Shown in pieces: positions 28,349 through 38,065 of a stretch of DNA of 64,000 nucleotides. The translations under genes were made by a program, and so were the position numbers. The stretch lies in the sequence record NC_022096.1; one strand, written 5' to 3'. Under the pieces are notes generated by a model that saw only the letters and a list, made by a program, of their open reading frames with translations, was not told where the DNA came from and made no database searches. Within the stretch, counting starts at the first letter, position 1, and every line of letters begins with the position of its first letter.

Positions 28349-28933
28349 TTAGTCGTCCAGATCGTCGTCGTCTTCGTCGGCCTTTTTCTTCTTGCCCTTC
28401 TTGGACTTCTTGCCTTCGGCTTTCTCGGCCTTGGCTTTCTTGTCCTTCTTGGACTTCTTGCCTTCACCGCCGGCAGCGGCTTCGTCTTCGGCGCGAACTT
28501 CGATGCGAACATCGTCGCGTTGATACAGCTTCACAGTTTCACCGGAAGCGGTCTGGATGGTCATGATGCCACCCTTGTCTTCGACCAGGCGACCGACAAC
28601 TTCGCGGATGGCGACTTCGCGGAACACGGTCACAGCGGAGACTTCGCCGACGGCGCCGAACACTTCGACGACATCGCTACGGGAGAAGCGGCTGACCACA
28701 GTCTTCTGCGAAGCGCTGGTACGCTTGTGGCGCAGCATGACCGCGTCGGTGCCGTCTTGAACCAGGAAGCCACCGATTTCGACAGCTTGGCGAGCGAACA
28801 CGGTGAACGTGAACATCGCGGACTTGGCCTTGAAGCTGGTCTTGGCGCTGATGTTCTTCAGGCGCTTGGCGATCTTGTCGGTACGGGACAGGCGATTCGC
28901 GGTATTGCGCTTTTTCGTTTTGTCTTTTGCCAT
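28349..28933 (-). CDS. hypothetical beta-rich protein with K-rich/acidic tail
   Basis: Tail SKKDKKAKAEKAEGKKSKK shared with 26996..27604. Confidence 0.75.
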   Translation of the reverse strand: MAKDKTKKRNTANRLSRTDKIAKRLKNISAKTSFKAKSAMFTFTVFARQAVEIGGFLVQDGTDAVMLRHKRTSASQKTVVSRFSRSDVVEVFGAVGEVSAVTVFREVAIREVVGRLVEDKGGIMTIQTASGETVKLYQRDDVRIEVRAEDEAAAGGEGKKSKKDKKAKAEKAEGKKSKKGKKKKADEDDDDLDD

Positions 28934-28941
28934 GGTGTGTA

Positions 28942-30012
28942 TCACTCACCTTCTTTTTCGAGAGAGAAAGCGACGAGGAAATCGCCGCCGTTAAACAGGG
29001 CATCAGCGTAGTCTTCACGCTCGAAGCCCGGGGCGCCTACGAACTCGCCACCTTCAACCGCGTTGCGGTAGCTGAGGATTTCGGCTTCCGGATCGTTGCT
29101 ACGAATCCAGTTGAACGCATCCAGCACCGATTGCTTCATCAGGTCCTGGCTGTAGAAGCCGACGTACACTGCGGACGGCATGCCCGCCTTGATGCCAGCC
29201 TGTTCGAGGTACTTGAAGTGGGTCTTCAAGGTCTTCTCGAACTTGTCCGACGCTTCACGCAGCAGCAGCGGGATGCGCAGGTGTACGATGAACTTCACAG
29301 TAACCGAAACGGTCTTGGTCTGCGCAGTCGGCTCGCCGGTCTGGTTGACCGACAGCAGCGGACGAACGCGGATGTACTCGTCCGCCGGCAGCATCACGGC
29401 ACCGTCTTCGCCAGCCAGTTCGATGTAGTGCTGACCGTCGGCGCTCGGGAAGTTCGCGTACAGGGTGCTCTGCGCAGCCTTCAGGTGTTCTTCGATCAGG
29501 TTCTCGACGACCAGGGCACCGGTGTCAGCAGTAACGACCAGACGTTCTTCGTTGGCCATCAGCTTGCTCAGCACGCCGACGAACTCGCGCAGCGGTTCAC
29601 GCAGGACGCCGATACGGCCGGAGCGTTCGTTGAGCTTGGAGAGCGACTGGATCAGGTTGAGCTTCTGGTCGTTGAACTCGAAGTTCGCGGTATCGATCAG
29701 CGCGTCCTGCACTTCGTCGTGGAACAGGTTGACCACGAAGTTCAGCTCGGGGTTGACGACCAGGCGCACGATGCCTTCGACACCTGCGGTTTCCTGCAGA
29801 ATCTGCGAGAAGCTGCGCGGCTGGTATTCGTCTTCGACGTCCACACCGTCGGCACCATCGACATCGGCCATTTCGACTTCTTCGATGTTGCGGGTCGGCT
29901 CGACCGCGATGCCGGCCGGGGCGCCACGTTCTTCTGCGGACGGTGCGGCTTCGCTGGCGAGTTGCTGGCTCTGACGCTCGGCATCGCCGATCAGGTTTTC
30001 TTGGTTACTCAT
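28942..30012 (-). CDS. hypothetical acidic protein
   Basis: 356-aa ORF with GGAG SD. Confidence 0.75.
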   Translation of the reverse strand: MSNQENLIGDAERQSQQLASEAAPSAEERGAPAGIAVEPTRNIEEVEMADVDGADGVDVEDEYQPRSFSQILQETAGVEGIVRLVVNPELNFVVNLFHDEVQDALIDTANFEFNDQKLNLIQSLSKLNERSGRIGVLREPLREFVGVLSKLMANEERLVVTADTGALVVENLIEEHLKAAQSTLYANFPSADGQHYIELAGEDGAVMLPADEYIRVRPLLSVNQTGEPTAQTKTVSVTVKFIVHLRIPLLLREASDKFEKTLKTHFKYLEQAGIKAGMPSAVYVGFYSQDLMKQSVLDAFNWIRSNDPEAEILSYRNAVEGGEFVGAPGFEREDYADALFNGGDFLVAFSLEKEGE

Positions 30013-31388
30013 GGTTTGTCTCCTTTAGACTTCGTGTACGAGTAGCAACGCTTGATGTTCACACTTTCTGCGTATGGCCGAATGGTGAGTCCGGTCACGG
30101 TGTACTGATCATCGTAGGCTGCCTCGAACTTGGCAATGATATTATCGAGTGCAGATTTAGTAATCGCACCAGACGTATCTACCTCGTATCCGAGAATGTC
30201 AACCAACGGATGGCTCAGAGAGCGGAACCCAAGCGACTGCAAGTGAACCGCCGGCTTGATCCGCATCTGCGGACCCATGAGCTTGCCACGCTGGTACACA
30301 AACATACCGGTCGCAACAAACTGCAGGTAGTGCTCAGGCAGTGTCTTTACATACTCCGCCCGGGCCGCTTCGCGCTCTGCATTGCCGTTGGCGATTCGCG
30401 CCTCGAGCTTTGCTTTACGCTTTTCCAACTTACTGATCTTCTCGGCAAACTTTGGCTTCGCGCTGCGAGACGCATAAGATTCCAGCTTGCGAACTGTGGA
30501 TTGCAGCTCCTCCTTCATATCGGCGATAACAAAGGTGAAGTCATCGATACGGTTGCGGTCGACAGTAGCCATGTACTCGCGCAGCATATCGCTGACCGTT
30601 TTCGCATTCGGGAAGTGCTTGCGCAACTCCGAGCGCATTTTCTTCGGCACCGCCAAGGTGCCTTGAACCACGAACAGCTCGGCGCCGTGGCCGAATGGCG
30701 TGTAGTTCTGAATTACCTTGCGATAACCATTGTGCTGACCAAACTCCAGGGGAATGCCCAGGTGCCGTAGCTGGTCAAGCGTGTAGACAATCTTCTCGCC
30801 AATATGCAGGAAGGCCGCATACAGGTGAGCGTGCGTATTGCCTTCGACCTCGTATGCGCGATACACGAGGTTGATGCGAACACCGGAGAGCTTGGGTGTG
30901 ATGCACACGCCTTTTTCCAGCTTCTGGTCGGTGTACGCTTTCGGGCGGTTGCACTTGCGCAAAACTTCGTCGATGGTCTGTTCGATGGATTCCGGCCACA
31001 CCAAGCCGTCACGGGCACGCAACGCGCTTTCTCGGCGATCAGCCTTGAGTTGCTTGATCGCATCCTCGTAGGTCACGTTGTCGGCAGCATTCAAACCGGC
31101 AAACGCAGCCCATGCCTCGGCATGGGTTTGGCATTGCGGGAGACAGAAGCCAGAGTTGTACATCAGGCTTACGGTCGCCATGTCGGGCAAGTTGCCATTG
31201 ATGGCGCCCAGTACGATTTCGTCGAGCGCCTTAACGGTAAGGGCAGGCACTACGTCAATCTCCTCATCCGACAGGCGACCGTGCAGTACGAACCTGCAAT
31301 GGTAAAGCGTGTCGATGTTCGTGGAGCGTACCAGTCGATTGCGCTGGTACAGGTTGTTCAAAACTGCGTTCAGTGCGTCACTATTCAT
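30009..31388 (-). CDS. degenerate DNA-ligase adenylation-domain-like protein
   Basis: TPKLSGVR (KxDG variant), VVQGTL, LQFVATG, LQSLGF and YTVTGLTIR occur in ligase motif order; no OB, HhH or BRCT domain. Confidence 0.55.
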   Translation of the reverse strand: MNSDALNAVLNNLYQRNRLVRSTNIDTLYHCRFVLHGRLSDEEIDVVPALTVKALDEIVLGAINGNLPDMATVSLMYNSGFCLPQCQTHAEAWAAFAGLNAADNVTYEDAIKQLKADRRESALRARDGLVWPESIEQTIDEVLRKCNRPKAYTDQKLEKGVCITPKLSGVRINLVYRAYEVEGNTHAHLYAAFLHIGEKIVYTLDQLRHLGIPLEFGQHNGYRKVIQNYTPFGHGAELFVVQGTLAVPKKMRSELRKHFPNAKTVSDMLREYMATVDRNRIDDFTFVIADMKEELQSTVRKLESYASRSAKPKFAEKISKLEKRKAKLEARIANGNAEREAARAEYVKTLPEHYLQFVATGMFVYQRGKLMGPQMRIKPAVHLQSLGFRSLSHPLVDILGYEVDTSGAITKSALDNIIAKFEAAYDDQYTVTGLTIRPYAESVNIKRCYSYTKSKGDKP

Positions 31389-31408
31389 AACCACCTCCTG
31401 AGCGCAAT

Positions 31409-31753
31409 TCACACTTTATCCGGGTCTGGCAGAAGTTTGCTGACCGCGTCGGCGCCGTAGGCGTTGAGCACACTGGCGAGCGGGGAGCAGAACATACGCA
31501 CCAGCTCGATCTGGGTATCATCCAACTCGACATCGAGTTTGAGGATGAGCATGCCGTAAACTTCACTCAGCACGGACGGCACGACAACCAGATTGTCATT
31601 GGCCAGTACGGTATTTAGTTCGTGAATCTTGGCTACAACGTCCGGCTGAACAGCATGTTCGGGCGGAAACGGGTCGAGGCCAAGCATTTCGTGCGGAAGA
31701 ATGGCAAACGGCATTTCGTTATCTGCCATCACCATACGGATTTCTTCATTCAT
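31409..31753 (-). CDS. hypothetical protein
   Basis: 114-aa ORF, coupled. Confidence 0.7.
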   Translation of the reverse strand: MNEEIRMVMADNEMPFAILPHEMLGLDPFPPEHAVQPDVVAKIHELNTVLANDNLVVVPSVLSEVYGMLILKLDVELDDTQIELVRMFCSPLASVLNAYGADAVSKLLPDPDKV

Positions 31754-32273
31754 CAGATAAGGCCTCTACGGATGCGTTTCGCATCGCAGCGAAAGTGGTA
31801 TGGTTGCCATTACTGACAGCCAGCACGAATTCCTTTACAGCATTCTGGTCGAACCCTCCGACCAGCGGAACGACGGCGTTCTTCTCCATCAAGAACCCAA
31901 ACCACAGGTCACGTTGGTAGGTTTCTTCGTGCTTGATCAGGAGTCCTAGCTCTTGATCGATCACTCGGTATAGCTGGTCAAGCTCGGCAGGGTCGCTTTT
32001 GACCAAGGTAGCGTGCCGAGTCCATTCGACCGTGTTGCCATTGTGCAGCAGCACGGACGCTTTGTTTGCATCGAGCGAATGGCGTAACAGCAACATGGTT
32101 TGCACCTGACCGCTGACAACAAAGCGGAGCAGTTCGATCTTGGCGCCATTGATAGTCACGGCAATCGACTCAACCGCACGATCCCACGTCGGATGTTCCG
32201 CTTCACGGTGCACCTTGATGCGGGTGTACGGCAGCTCGCTCAGTTCAAACAGACGTAGAATCTTGTCGTGCAT
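31746..32273 (-). CDS. hypothetical protein
   Basis: 175-aa ORF with GAGG SD. Confidence 0.7.
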   Translation of the reverse strand: MHDKILRLFELSELPYTRIKVHREAEHPTWDRAVESIAVTINGAKIELLRFVVSGQVQTMLLLRHSLDANKASVLLHNGNTVEWTRHATLVKSDPAELDQLYRVIDQELGLLIKHEETYQRDLWFGFLMEKNAVVPLVGGFDQNAVKEFVLAVSNGNHTTFAAMRNASVEALSDE

Positions 32274-32327
32274 AACAACCTCTCGGGTGAGAGCAGGGTG
32301 AGCGAACTACGCCCACCCTGCTGCGGC

Positions 32328-33650
32328 TTACTCGGCCTCGACTTCTTCCATGCGGGCGACGTCGGCGATGGACTTGCTGCGGAACTTCAGGCTGTCCAGG
32401 TTGAGCAGCTTGACAGTTTCGTCGGCTTCGTCGTAACCAACCAGCAGGAACTCATGCTTATCTTCCTTGCCCTTGAGTACGGTCTGGCCGGGCACCATGT
32501 CGTCACCGAACTTGTCCTCGATTTCATCGCTGGCGAGATACGCCTCGACAAAACCGCGAACTTTGCCTTCGCTCAGGTTCGGAGCACGCTCGCGGATGGC
32601 GTTGACCATGTCTTCGACGCTGACGGCGTCTTCGGACTCATCTTCTTCCTCCTCGTCGTCCTCGTCCTCGTCTTCGGACTCATCGTCCTCGTCGTCTTCC
32701 AGCTCACCATCGTCATCGCCGACTTCATCTTCGTCCTCGTCGCCAGCCTCCAGTTCGACGCCAGCCTCATCTGCGGCTTCGCGGATGGCGTCATCGTCGT
32801 TGTCGTCGTCTTCGCGGATGAGGGCGATAACCGCCTCGGCGTCCATCGACTTCTTGGTGGTCAGGCCGAGCTTGCGCGCGATCTTCTTGAGGTCGGCCAC
32901 GTCGAGGTCGCCGAGAAGTTCGTCTTCCAGGCCTTCATCGTCCTCGTCGTCATCGTCCAGACCTTCATCGTCCAGGCTGTCGTCGTCCTCGTCGTCATCA
33001 GGTGCGACGTCGGTGGCTTCGCGGTGTTCGCGGATGTACGCCTTGATTTCCTTGTCGGACTTGCTGCCCGGCATCAGGGTGATGGTGACACGGAGCGCGT
33101 TCTCGTTGAACTGCGCACCTACAGCGACCGGTACCACGTCGTACACGCCGCTGGCCGACAGTGCATTGCCAAGCAGTGCAAACGCATCGTTGCTGATCGC
33201 TTCGGCGTTACGCTGATCGAACGCTTCGACCAGTTTCTTCTTGGCAGCCTTCGGCTTGGACTTCGGCGCTTCGGGCTCGTCTTTCTGCTTGGAGGTACGC
33301 GCACGCTTGCCAGCAGGTGCACCTTCTGCCTCGGCTGCTTCGCGCTTCAAGCGACGGCGACGCTGGCGTGCGGTTTCACCGGCGGGTGCATCGTCATCGT
33401 CTTTCACCTTACGGTTGCGGGCGCGAGCCGGCTTGGTCGGCTCTTCCTTGGCGGCTTTCTTGCCTTTCTTCGGAGTGTCGAAGAAGAAGCCGGGGCCGCG
33501 CTTGTAGATGCCGTCGATGTGGACGCGAGTGCCGTCCTCGGTGATAGCTTCGCCAGTCTTCACCACGATCTTCTCGACGCGGTGACGCTCACCGTCGATG
33601 GTGATGCGCTTGCCTTGCATGCCTTTCAGGTCGTCTTTAGTGATAGCCAT
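32328..33650 (-). CDS. large acidic/basic low-complexity protein
   Basis: K/R-rich N-terminal third and several long D/E tracts separating small domains; behind promoter copy A. Confidence 0.75.
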   Translation of the reverse strand: MAITKDDLKGMQGKRITIDGERHRVEKIVVKTGEAITEDGTRVHIDGIYKRGPGFFFDTPKKGKKAAKEEPTKPARARNRKVKDDDDAPAGETARQRRRRLKREAAEAEGAPAGKRARTSKQKDEPEAPKSKPKAAKKKLVEAFDQRNAEAISNDAFALLGNALSASGVYDVVPVAVGAQFNENALRVTITLMPGSKSDKEIKAYIREHREATDVAPDDDEDDDSLDDEGLDDDDEDDEGLEDELLGDLDVADLKKIARKLGLTTKKSMDAEAVIALIREDDDNDDDAIREAADEAGVELEAGDEDEDEVGDDDGELEDDEDDESEDEDEDDEEEEDESEDAVSVEDMVNAIRERAPNLSEGKVRGFVEAYLASDEIEDKFGDDMVPGQTVLKGKEDKHEFLLVGYDEADETVKLLNLDSLKFRSKSIADVARMEEVEAE

Positions 33651-33665
33651 GTTCTGAGTCCTCAT

Positions 33666-33752
33666 TAACCTAAACTAAGTTTGTAACCGTAATGCTGGAT
33701 GCAGCGTGTCGAACACGCAACCATCATAGCATACGATCAGGGTTCGACGCAA
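33666..33752 (-). promoter_or_regulatory. sigma70-type promoter with conserved leader (copy A)
   Basis: TTGCGT-N18-TATGAT (TG-extended), hairpin GCGTGT/ACACGC, then GGTTACAAACTTAGTTTAGGTTA. Confidence 0.7.
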
Positions 33753-34614
33753 TGGCCACTTGCTCAAACAGCAGCGAGCTAAGCTCCGGTAGCGTCTTCT
33801 GGGTGTTGATGAGAGTGTGGGTGATTGCCTCAGCCACGTTCTTGGGCATTTTCGCGTTCTGGCCAGCGACGGTGTTAGCGTACTCGACGAATTTCTGCCA
33901 AAACTCGCCGACAACGGCCTGTACATTTCCTCGGGAAAGCGCGGCATTGGATTTCTGCACTTCCACCACAGGATGGCTGCTATGGCGAAACGGCTTCCGA
34001 ATATGGAGGGTCGTCTCGCCGCGCAACACATGCTCACGCACCTTGTCGAAAGTCTGCGCAGGCAGTTGAAGAATCGCACAACGCGGTTGATCCCCTGCCA
34101 AGTAGACGATCGGCATACCTACGGCAGCGTGCTTGTTGTCCTGTACGGACAACGCATCCTCAGCACTCCCATTTATCAGAATGGGAGGCAGGCGGAAGGC
34201 ACGACGCTCAATGCCGTGAAGCCAGATGGTATTTTTCAACACCACCGTATTTGCACCGAGGCCCAGAGCGAACAGCGGTGCAAATTGTTTGACATCGGAG
34301 TAGGCAGCCTTGTTGTCCGCGTAAAACGGCGGGTCACGCAGGAAGCTCGGGATCACATGATCCACTCCGTTGCCGATTGTTTGGATTGTGAAGTAACCGC
34401 GCTCGTCCAGAACGAGGTTCTTTGCCCGAGACATCAAGGCATACGCAAACACCAAGCTTCCGCTTATGCCTGCCATGATGTACAGAGCCTCGACTATGAT
34501 TGCCAACTCGCTGAACGTCAAACGGCGACGTTCCTCGAACGAATCGATCTGCTTGTTGGCGTAAACAATCGCCGGGGTTATTTCGTGGTCACGCTTTATG
34601 CGCTGGGCATTCAT
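33724..34614 (-). CDS. hypothetical protein
   Basis: 296-aa ORF. Confidence 0.7.
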   Translation of the reverse strand: MNAQRIKRDHEITPAIVYANKQIDSFEERRRLTFSELAIIVEALYIMAGISGSLVFAYALMSRAKNLVLDERGYFTIQTIGNGVDHVIPSFLRDPPFYADNKAAYSDVKQFAPLFALGLGANTVVLKNTIWLHGIERRAFRLPPILINGSAEDALSVQDNKHAAVGMPIVYLAGDQPRCAILQLPAQTFDKVREHVLRGETTLHIRKPFRHSSHPVVEVQKSNAALSRGNVQAVVGEFWQKFVEYANTVAGQNAKMPKNVAEAITHTLINTQKTLPELSSLLFEQVAIASNPDRML

Positions 34615-34625
34615 AGATTCACCTG

Positions 34626-34997
34626 TTAGGTTTTTCGCCCTAACTCAGAAGGGTCCGTCCCCTCAGTTATCAGCATGTAAGGACCCTTGTTGTAAGCGGG
34701 CGCTAGCATTTTCCGTTTACGTTCCTTTTCCTTCTGCGCCAAGGCTTCGCGGCGCACCATTTCTGGATCGTCCAACTGGACGCATTTACTCGGTTTGGTT
34801 TTCCTGGCAGCTTGCGCCGACGGAATAGTTCGAGCTTTGACTGGGTCGTCGTACTCGTATGTTGGTATTTTGTTTACGGAGATTTCCTTGTCACTCGGCT
34901 TGTCGCGCTTACGCAGCGCTTTCGCCAGCTTCGCCTGTTCCTGCTCCTCACGGAGTCGTTTGGCTTTCGCTTGTGCTTTGGTCAGTCTCTTGGTCAT
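34626..34997 (-). CDS. basic hypothetical protein
   Basis: C-terminal LAPAYNKGPY, a motif I recall from other phage proteins of unknown function. Confidence 0.65.
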   Translation of the reverse strand: MTKRLTKAQAKAKRLREEQEQAKLAKALRKRDKPSDKEISVNKIPTYEYDDPVKARTIPSAQAARKTKPSKCVQLDDPEMVRREALAQKEKERKRKMLAPAYNKGPYMLITEGTDPSELGRKT

Positions 34998-35310
34998 GCC
35001 CTGTCTCAGCCATGATGGTAGAAAAACACGACGGTGCAAAGCCGCCGCATTGTTTACGCAACGACTCCTTCTGCTTATGGCTAATAGCGATGATGTCGTG
35101 TGCGTGCTCCAGGTACGTCGCAACATTTGGCGAGTTGTCTGCGATGAAGCCCCAGAGCTTCCCGTGCTCTACTACAGCTTCCGCTGGAGCGGGAAGATCG
35201 TTGACCAGCACCAGTTTTGCCATGGTGTCGGTCGGAATGCTCAGGTAATACTGGTCGGCGAGAGCAGGCTGTGCTGAAACAATCGCCAGTGCAATAATCA
35301 GATTGCGCAT
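34948..35310 (-). CDS. secreted/periplasmic protein
   Basis: Signal-peptide-like MRNLIIALAIVSAQPALA. Confidence 0.65.
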   Translation of the reverse strand: MRNLIIALAIVSAQPALADQYYLSIPTDTMAKLVLVNDLPAPAEAVVEHGKLWGFIADNSPNVATYLEHAHDIIAISHKQKESLRKQCGGFAPSCFSTIMAETGHDQETDQSTSESQTTP

Positions 35311-35375
35311 GTTCGAGTCCTTGAAACGATGAGTGGACCTCTCGGTCCACTCGGTTGAGCCTTTCGGCCGCTAAC

Positions 35376-35588
35376 TTAGCCCCACGTGGTGCGTCGTCCG
35401 GAACTGCCCAGTTGGGTCAGTTTGTCGTTCATGACGACGCGGTTCGCATTACGAGGTGCCTTCTTTACCTTGGACGAAGTACCTTGAGGTACCTGCCCGG
35501 TAGTTTGTCGAATGTGCCTCTCAAGGAGAAGAATCTCCCGTTGAAGTTCATCGAGCGTTGGGTCCGCCACAAACTCATCGGCACTCAT
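35376..35588 (-). CDS. hypothetical protein
   Basis: 70-aa ORF with GGAG SD. Confidence 0.6.
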   Translation of the reverse strand: MSADEFVADPTLDELQREILLLERHIRQTTGQVPQGTSSKVKKAPRNANRVVMNDKLTQLGSSGRRTTWG

Positions 35589-35645
35589 ATCGTCTCCCCA
35601 TGACGGTTGTGGAGAGGCGAGCCTTAACCCGCCTCTCGTGGCGGA

Positions 35646-36071
35646 TTAGTTTGCAGCTTGCTTCGACGCGGCCTTGGCTGCCGGCTTGGCAGTTGGCTTG
35701 GTGGCTTTGGCCGGCAGCGGCTTGGCCACGGTCTTCTTGCCGACGCTCGGCTTGGCTGCCGGCTTGGTGGCTTTAGCCGGCAGCGGCTTGGCTACTTTCT
35801 TGGCTTCGGGCTTGGCAGCCGGCTTGACTGCCGGAACCTTCTTCACCGGCTTGGCAGCCACGGTGTTCGCGGCCTTGGTGGCAGCTTGTGCCTTGGTCAG
35901 CACGGCTTGCACGCCGTTGATGGCCTTGTCGAGTTCGTGCTGGGCGGCAACCAGTTTCTTCTCCAGTGCCGCCACGTTCTTCACGGCGCGAGTGTAGTTG
36001 CGACCGGCGGCGTCCAGTTCTTTGCGGACAGCTTTCGCGGAGGTCAGAGCTTGTTCGATTTTCTGAGTCAT
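35646..36071 (-). CDS. histone H1/AlgP-like protein
   Basis: Coiled coil followed by KPAAK and a duplicated AKPLPAKATKP. Confidence 0.75.
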   Translation of the reverse strand: MTQKIEQALTSAKAVRKELDAAGRNYTRAVKNVAALEKKLVAAQHELDKAINGVQAVLTKAQAATKAANTVAAKPVKKVPAVKPAAKPEAKKVAKPLPAKATKPAAKPSVGKKTVAKPLPAKATKPTAKPAAKAASKQAAN

Positions 36072-36150
36072 GTTCGATGTTCCTTTATGTTGGTATTCAA
36101 ACTGTGCGCCACATGCACACATCGAGTGGCACCCGAAGATGCCACTGAAT

Positions 36151-36375
36151 CTATGCAGGCTGGGCAATCGTGTCCGCTGCGGCGAGAACCGCGTCTACAA
36201 ACTTTTTGCGTGCCCGTTGTTCAAGCAGGTTTCTCTTGGCGTGGGTGGTGTCCAACTTCTGGAGTTCCTCCAACTTCACCAGTTGTGCCCAAAGAAACGT
36301 GGCTTGTATAGGTCCGAGTTGGCATCGCACACTTCCGTTGGTGCTATCGAACGTCACTGTTACATGCTGCGTCAT
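36151..36375 (-). CDS. hypothetical early protein
   Basis: First ORF after promoter copy B. Confidence 0.65.
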   Translation of the reverse strand: MTQHVTVTFDSTNGSVRCQLGPIQATFLWAQLVKLEELQKLDTTHAKRNLLEQRARKKFVDAVLAAADTIAQPA

Positions 36376-36377
36376 CT

Positions 36378-36465
36378 TAACCTCAACTAAGTCCGTAACC
36401 ACTATCGCTACAGCACATGCTGCTAACGTGATGTCATTATAGCATACCGGCGGTACCCACGTGAA
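36378..36465 (-). promoter_or_regulatory. sigma70-type promoter with conserved leader (copy B)
   Basis: TTCACG-N18-TGcTATAAT, hairpin, then GGTTACGGACTTAGTTGAGGTTA. Confidence 0.75.
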
Positions 36466-36485
36466 GGCGTTTAGTGGTTATGTTT

Positions 36486-37367
36486 TTAGCTCAGGTATTT
36501 GACGTACCGACTTACGGTGCTGCGAATCGCGTTGGCTTCTAATGCTTTACAGATGAAGTGGATCATCTTGGTATCTGGTTTCCCAGGCACCAGCTTCGAC
36601 AACTTGATCGGCATGATGTCTCGATGAATCGTAACCAGACGCCGGATGAGGCGGAACCGTTCGCGTGCTGCCTCGAAGTTTGCGCGTTGGGTCTTGTTGA
36701 GCACTGAGAGGTCAGCGTCCTCGATACGCTTCGACGTAGCCACGAGTTTGACGATAGCCGCAGGGCCGATTGCTTCGACGCCTGGAATGTTGTCCACCTT
36801 GTCACCTTGCATCATCAACATGCACGGGATGCGGCTTGGCTTAACCAGATAGTGCTCAGCGCAATTCTTGCGCGTGATTTCCAGGTAGTCTTTAGTGTCC
36901 TGCTGGTATTTCAGCAGAGTCACCTTGCCCTTGTCGAGAAGCTGGGCCATGTCCTTGTCGTTGCTGACAATCTCGACCTCCATGTCAGCTTCAACACCCA
37001 GGCGAGTCAACGTGCCGATGATGTCATCCGCCTCGACGCCAGCTTTGTGTACCACCTTGATCCCCATTGCGGTCAGCAGATCATACATGGGCTTGCGCTG
37101 CGGTATCAGGCGAGCTTGCTGCTCAGGGTCTTTCTCTCGATTGCCCTTGTATGCCTTGAATATCTTGTGGCGGTGCGTCGGTGCTTTGCGGTCCATGACG
37201 AACGCAATGTGCGTTGGTTGGCGAGCCAACACGACACTCACCACGATGTTGACGACGCCTTTGATTGCGTTGGTGTGGAACCCTTTCGAGGTCACCAGCT
37301 GAGGTACGGCAAAGAAGGCACGCATCAACACGTTCGAGCCGTCGAAGATCAGGAGCTTCTGTTTCAT
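36486..37367 (-). CDS. 5'-3' exonuclease (Pol I N-terminal/FEN family)
   Basis: LLIFDGSN, EADDIIGTL, SNDKDMAQL, GDKVDNIPGV motifs. Confidence 0.92.
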   Translation of the reverse strand: MKQKLLIFDGSNVLMRAFFAVPQLVTSKGFHTNAIKGVVNIVVSVVLARQPTHIAFVMDRKAPTHRHKIFKAYKGNREKDPEQQARLIPQRKPMYDLLTAMGIKVVHKAGVEADDIIGTLTRLGVEADMEVEIVSNDKDMAQLLDKGKVTLLKYQQDTKDYLEITRKNCAEHYLVKPSRIPCMLMMQGDKVDNIPGVEAIGPAAIVKLVATSKRIEDADLSVLNKTQRANFEAARERFRLIRRLVTIHRDIMPIKLSKLVPGKPDTKMIHFICKALEANAIRSTVSRYVKYLS

Positions 37368-37654
37368 TGGATGGTGTACCACTTTGGTATGTACATGCGC
37401 CGACGTGCGTTCGCCTCAATCAGGAAGAAGTCTCCGTCATCGGAGAGCACTTCTATCTCACCGAGAAAAGCTGGAACGCACCGTTGGGATAGGCGGATGT
37501 TGCGGATGGTGTTGTTGTCGCTCTCAGCGATTGCGCGTGCATACTCCACCCAATGCTCAGGTGTTTTGCACGCGAATCCCTCGACAGTGATCACCACTGG
37601 CTGCGGTGGTTGAATTACGACAACCATCAACAGCGCAACCAGAAAGAGTCTCAC
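37364..37654 (-). CDS. small secreted/membrane protein
   Basis: Hydrophobic N-terminus MRLFLVALLMVVVI. Confidence 0.65.
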   Translation of the reverse strand: MRLFLVALLMVVVIQPPQPVVITVEGFACKTPEHWVEYARAIAESDNNTIRNIRLSQRCVPAFLGEIEVLSDDGDFFLIEANARRRMYIPKWYTIQ

Positions 37655-38064
37655 GGCTGAGCCTGCAAGGCACGCTCCCAGAGCAACGTCTGCGGGCCGG
37701 CCTTATCGAAATAGTTGGGAGAGCTGTACATGACCTTGGCGTCCTGTACGAACTCGATCACGAACAGCGTGCCGTTGAGGGTGCGAATAGGCGCATACCC
37801 GAGAACGTCGAGCGGGTGGGTGTTGTTCAGGAAGCGGCAGCGATTGGCCTTTCGGGCATCACGCACGAATTGCACAAACTCTGCGCTCTGGTTGTTGCCG
37901 GCGAGAGCAACGATGGCTTTGGCGTCCACAGAGGCATCACACACGATGGCATCGGGATTACCCGTGTCGGCAAAGGCAGGTATCGGCGTGAAAGACGAAT
38001 CGCCTTTGGGTTGAGTAGCGCAAGCAGCAAGCGCAATGGTAGCAAGCAAAGCCAACTTTTTCAT
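37651..38064 (-). CDS. lipoprotein
   Basis: MKKLALLATIALAAC lipobox. Confidence 0.75.
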   Translation of the reverse strand: MKKLALLATIALAACATQPKGDSSFTPIPAFADTGNPDAIVCDASVDAKAIVALAGNNQSAEFVQFVRDARKANRCRFLNNTHPLDVLGYAPIRTLNGTLFVIEFVQDAKVMYSSPNYFDKAGPQTLLWERALQAQP

Positions 38065-38065
38065 G

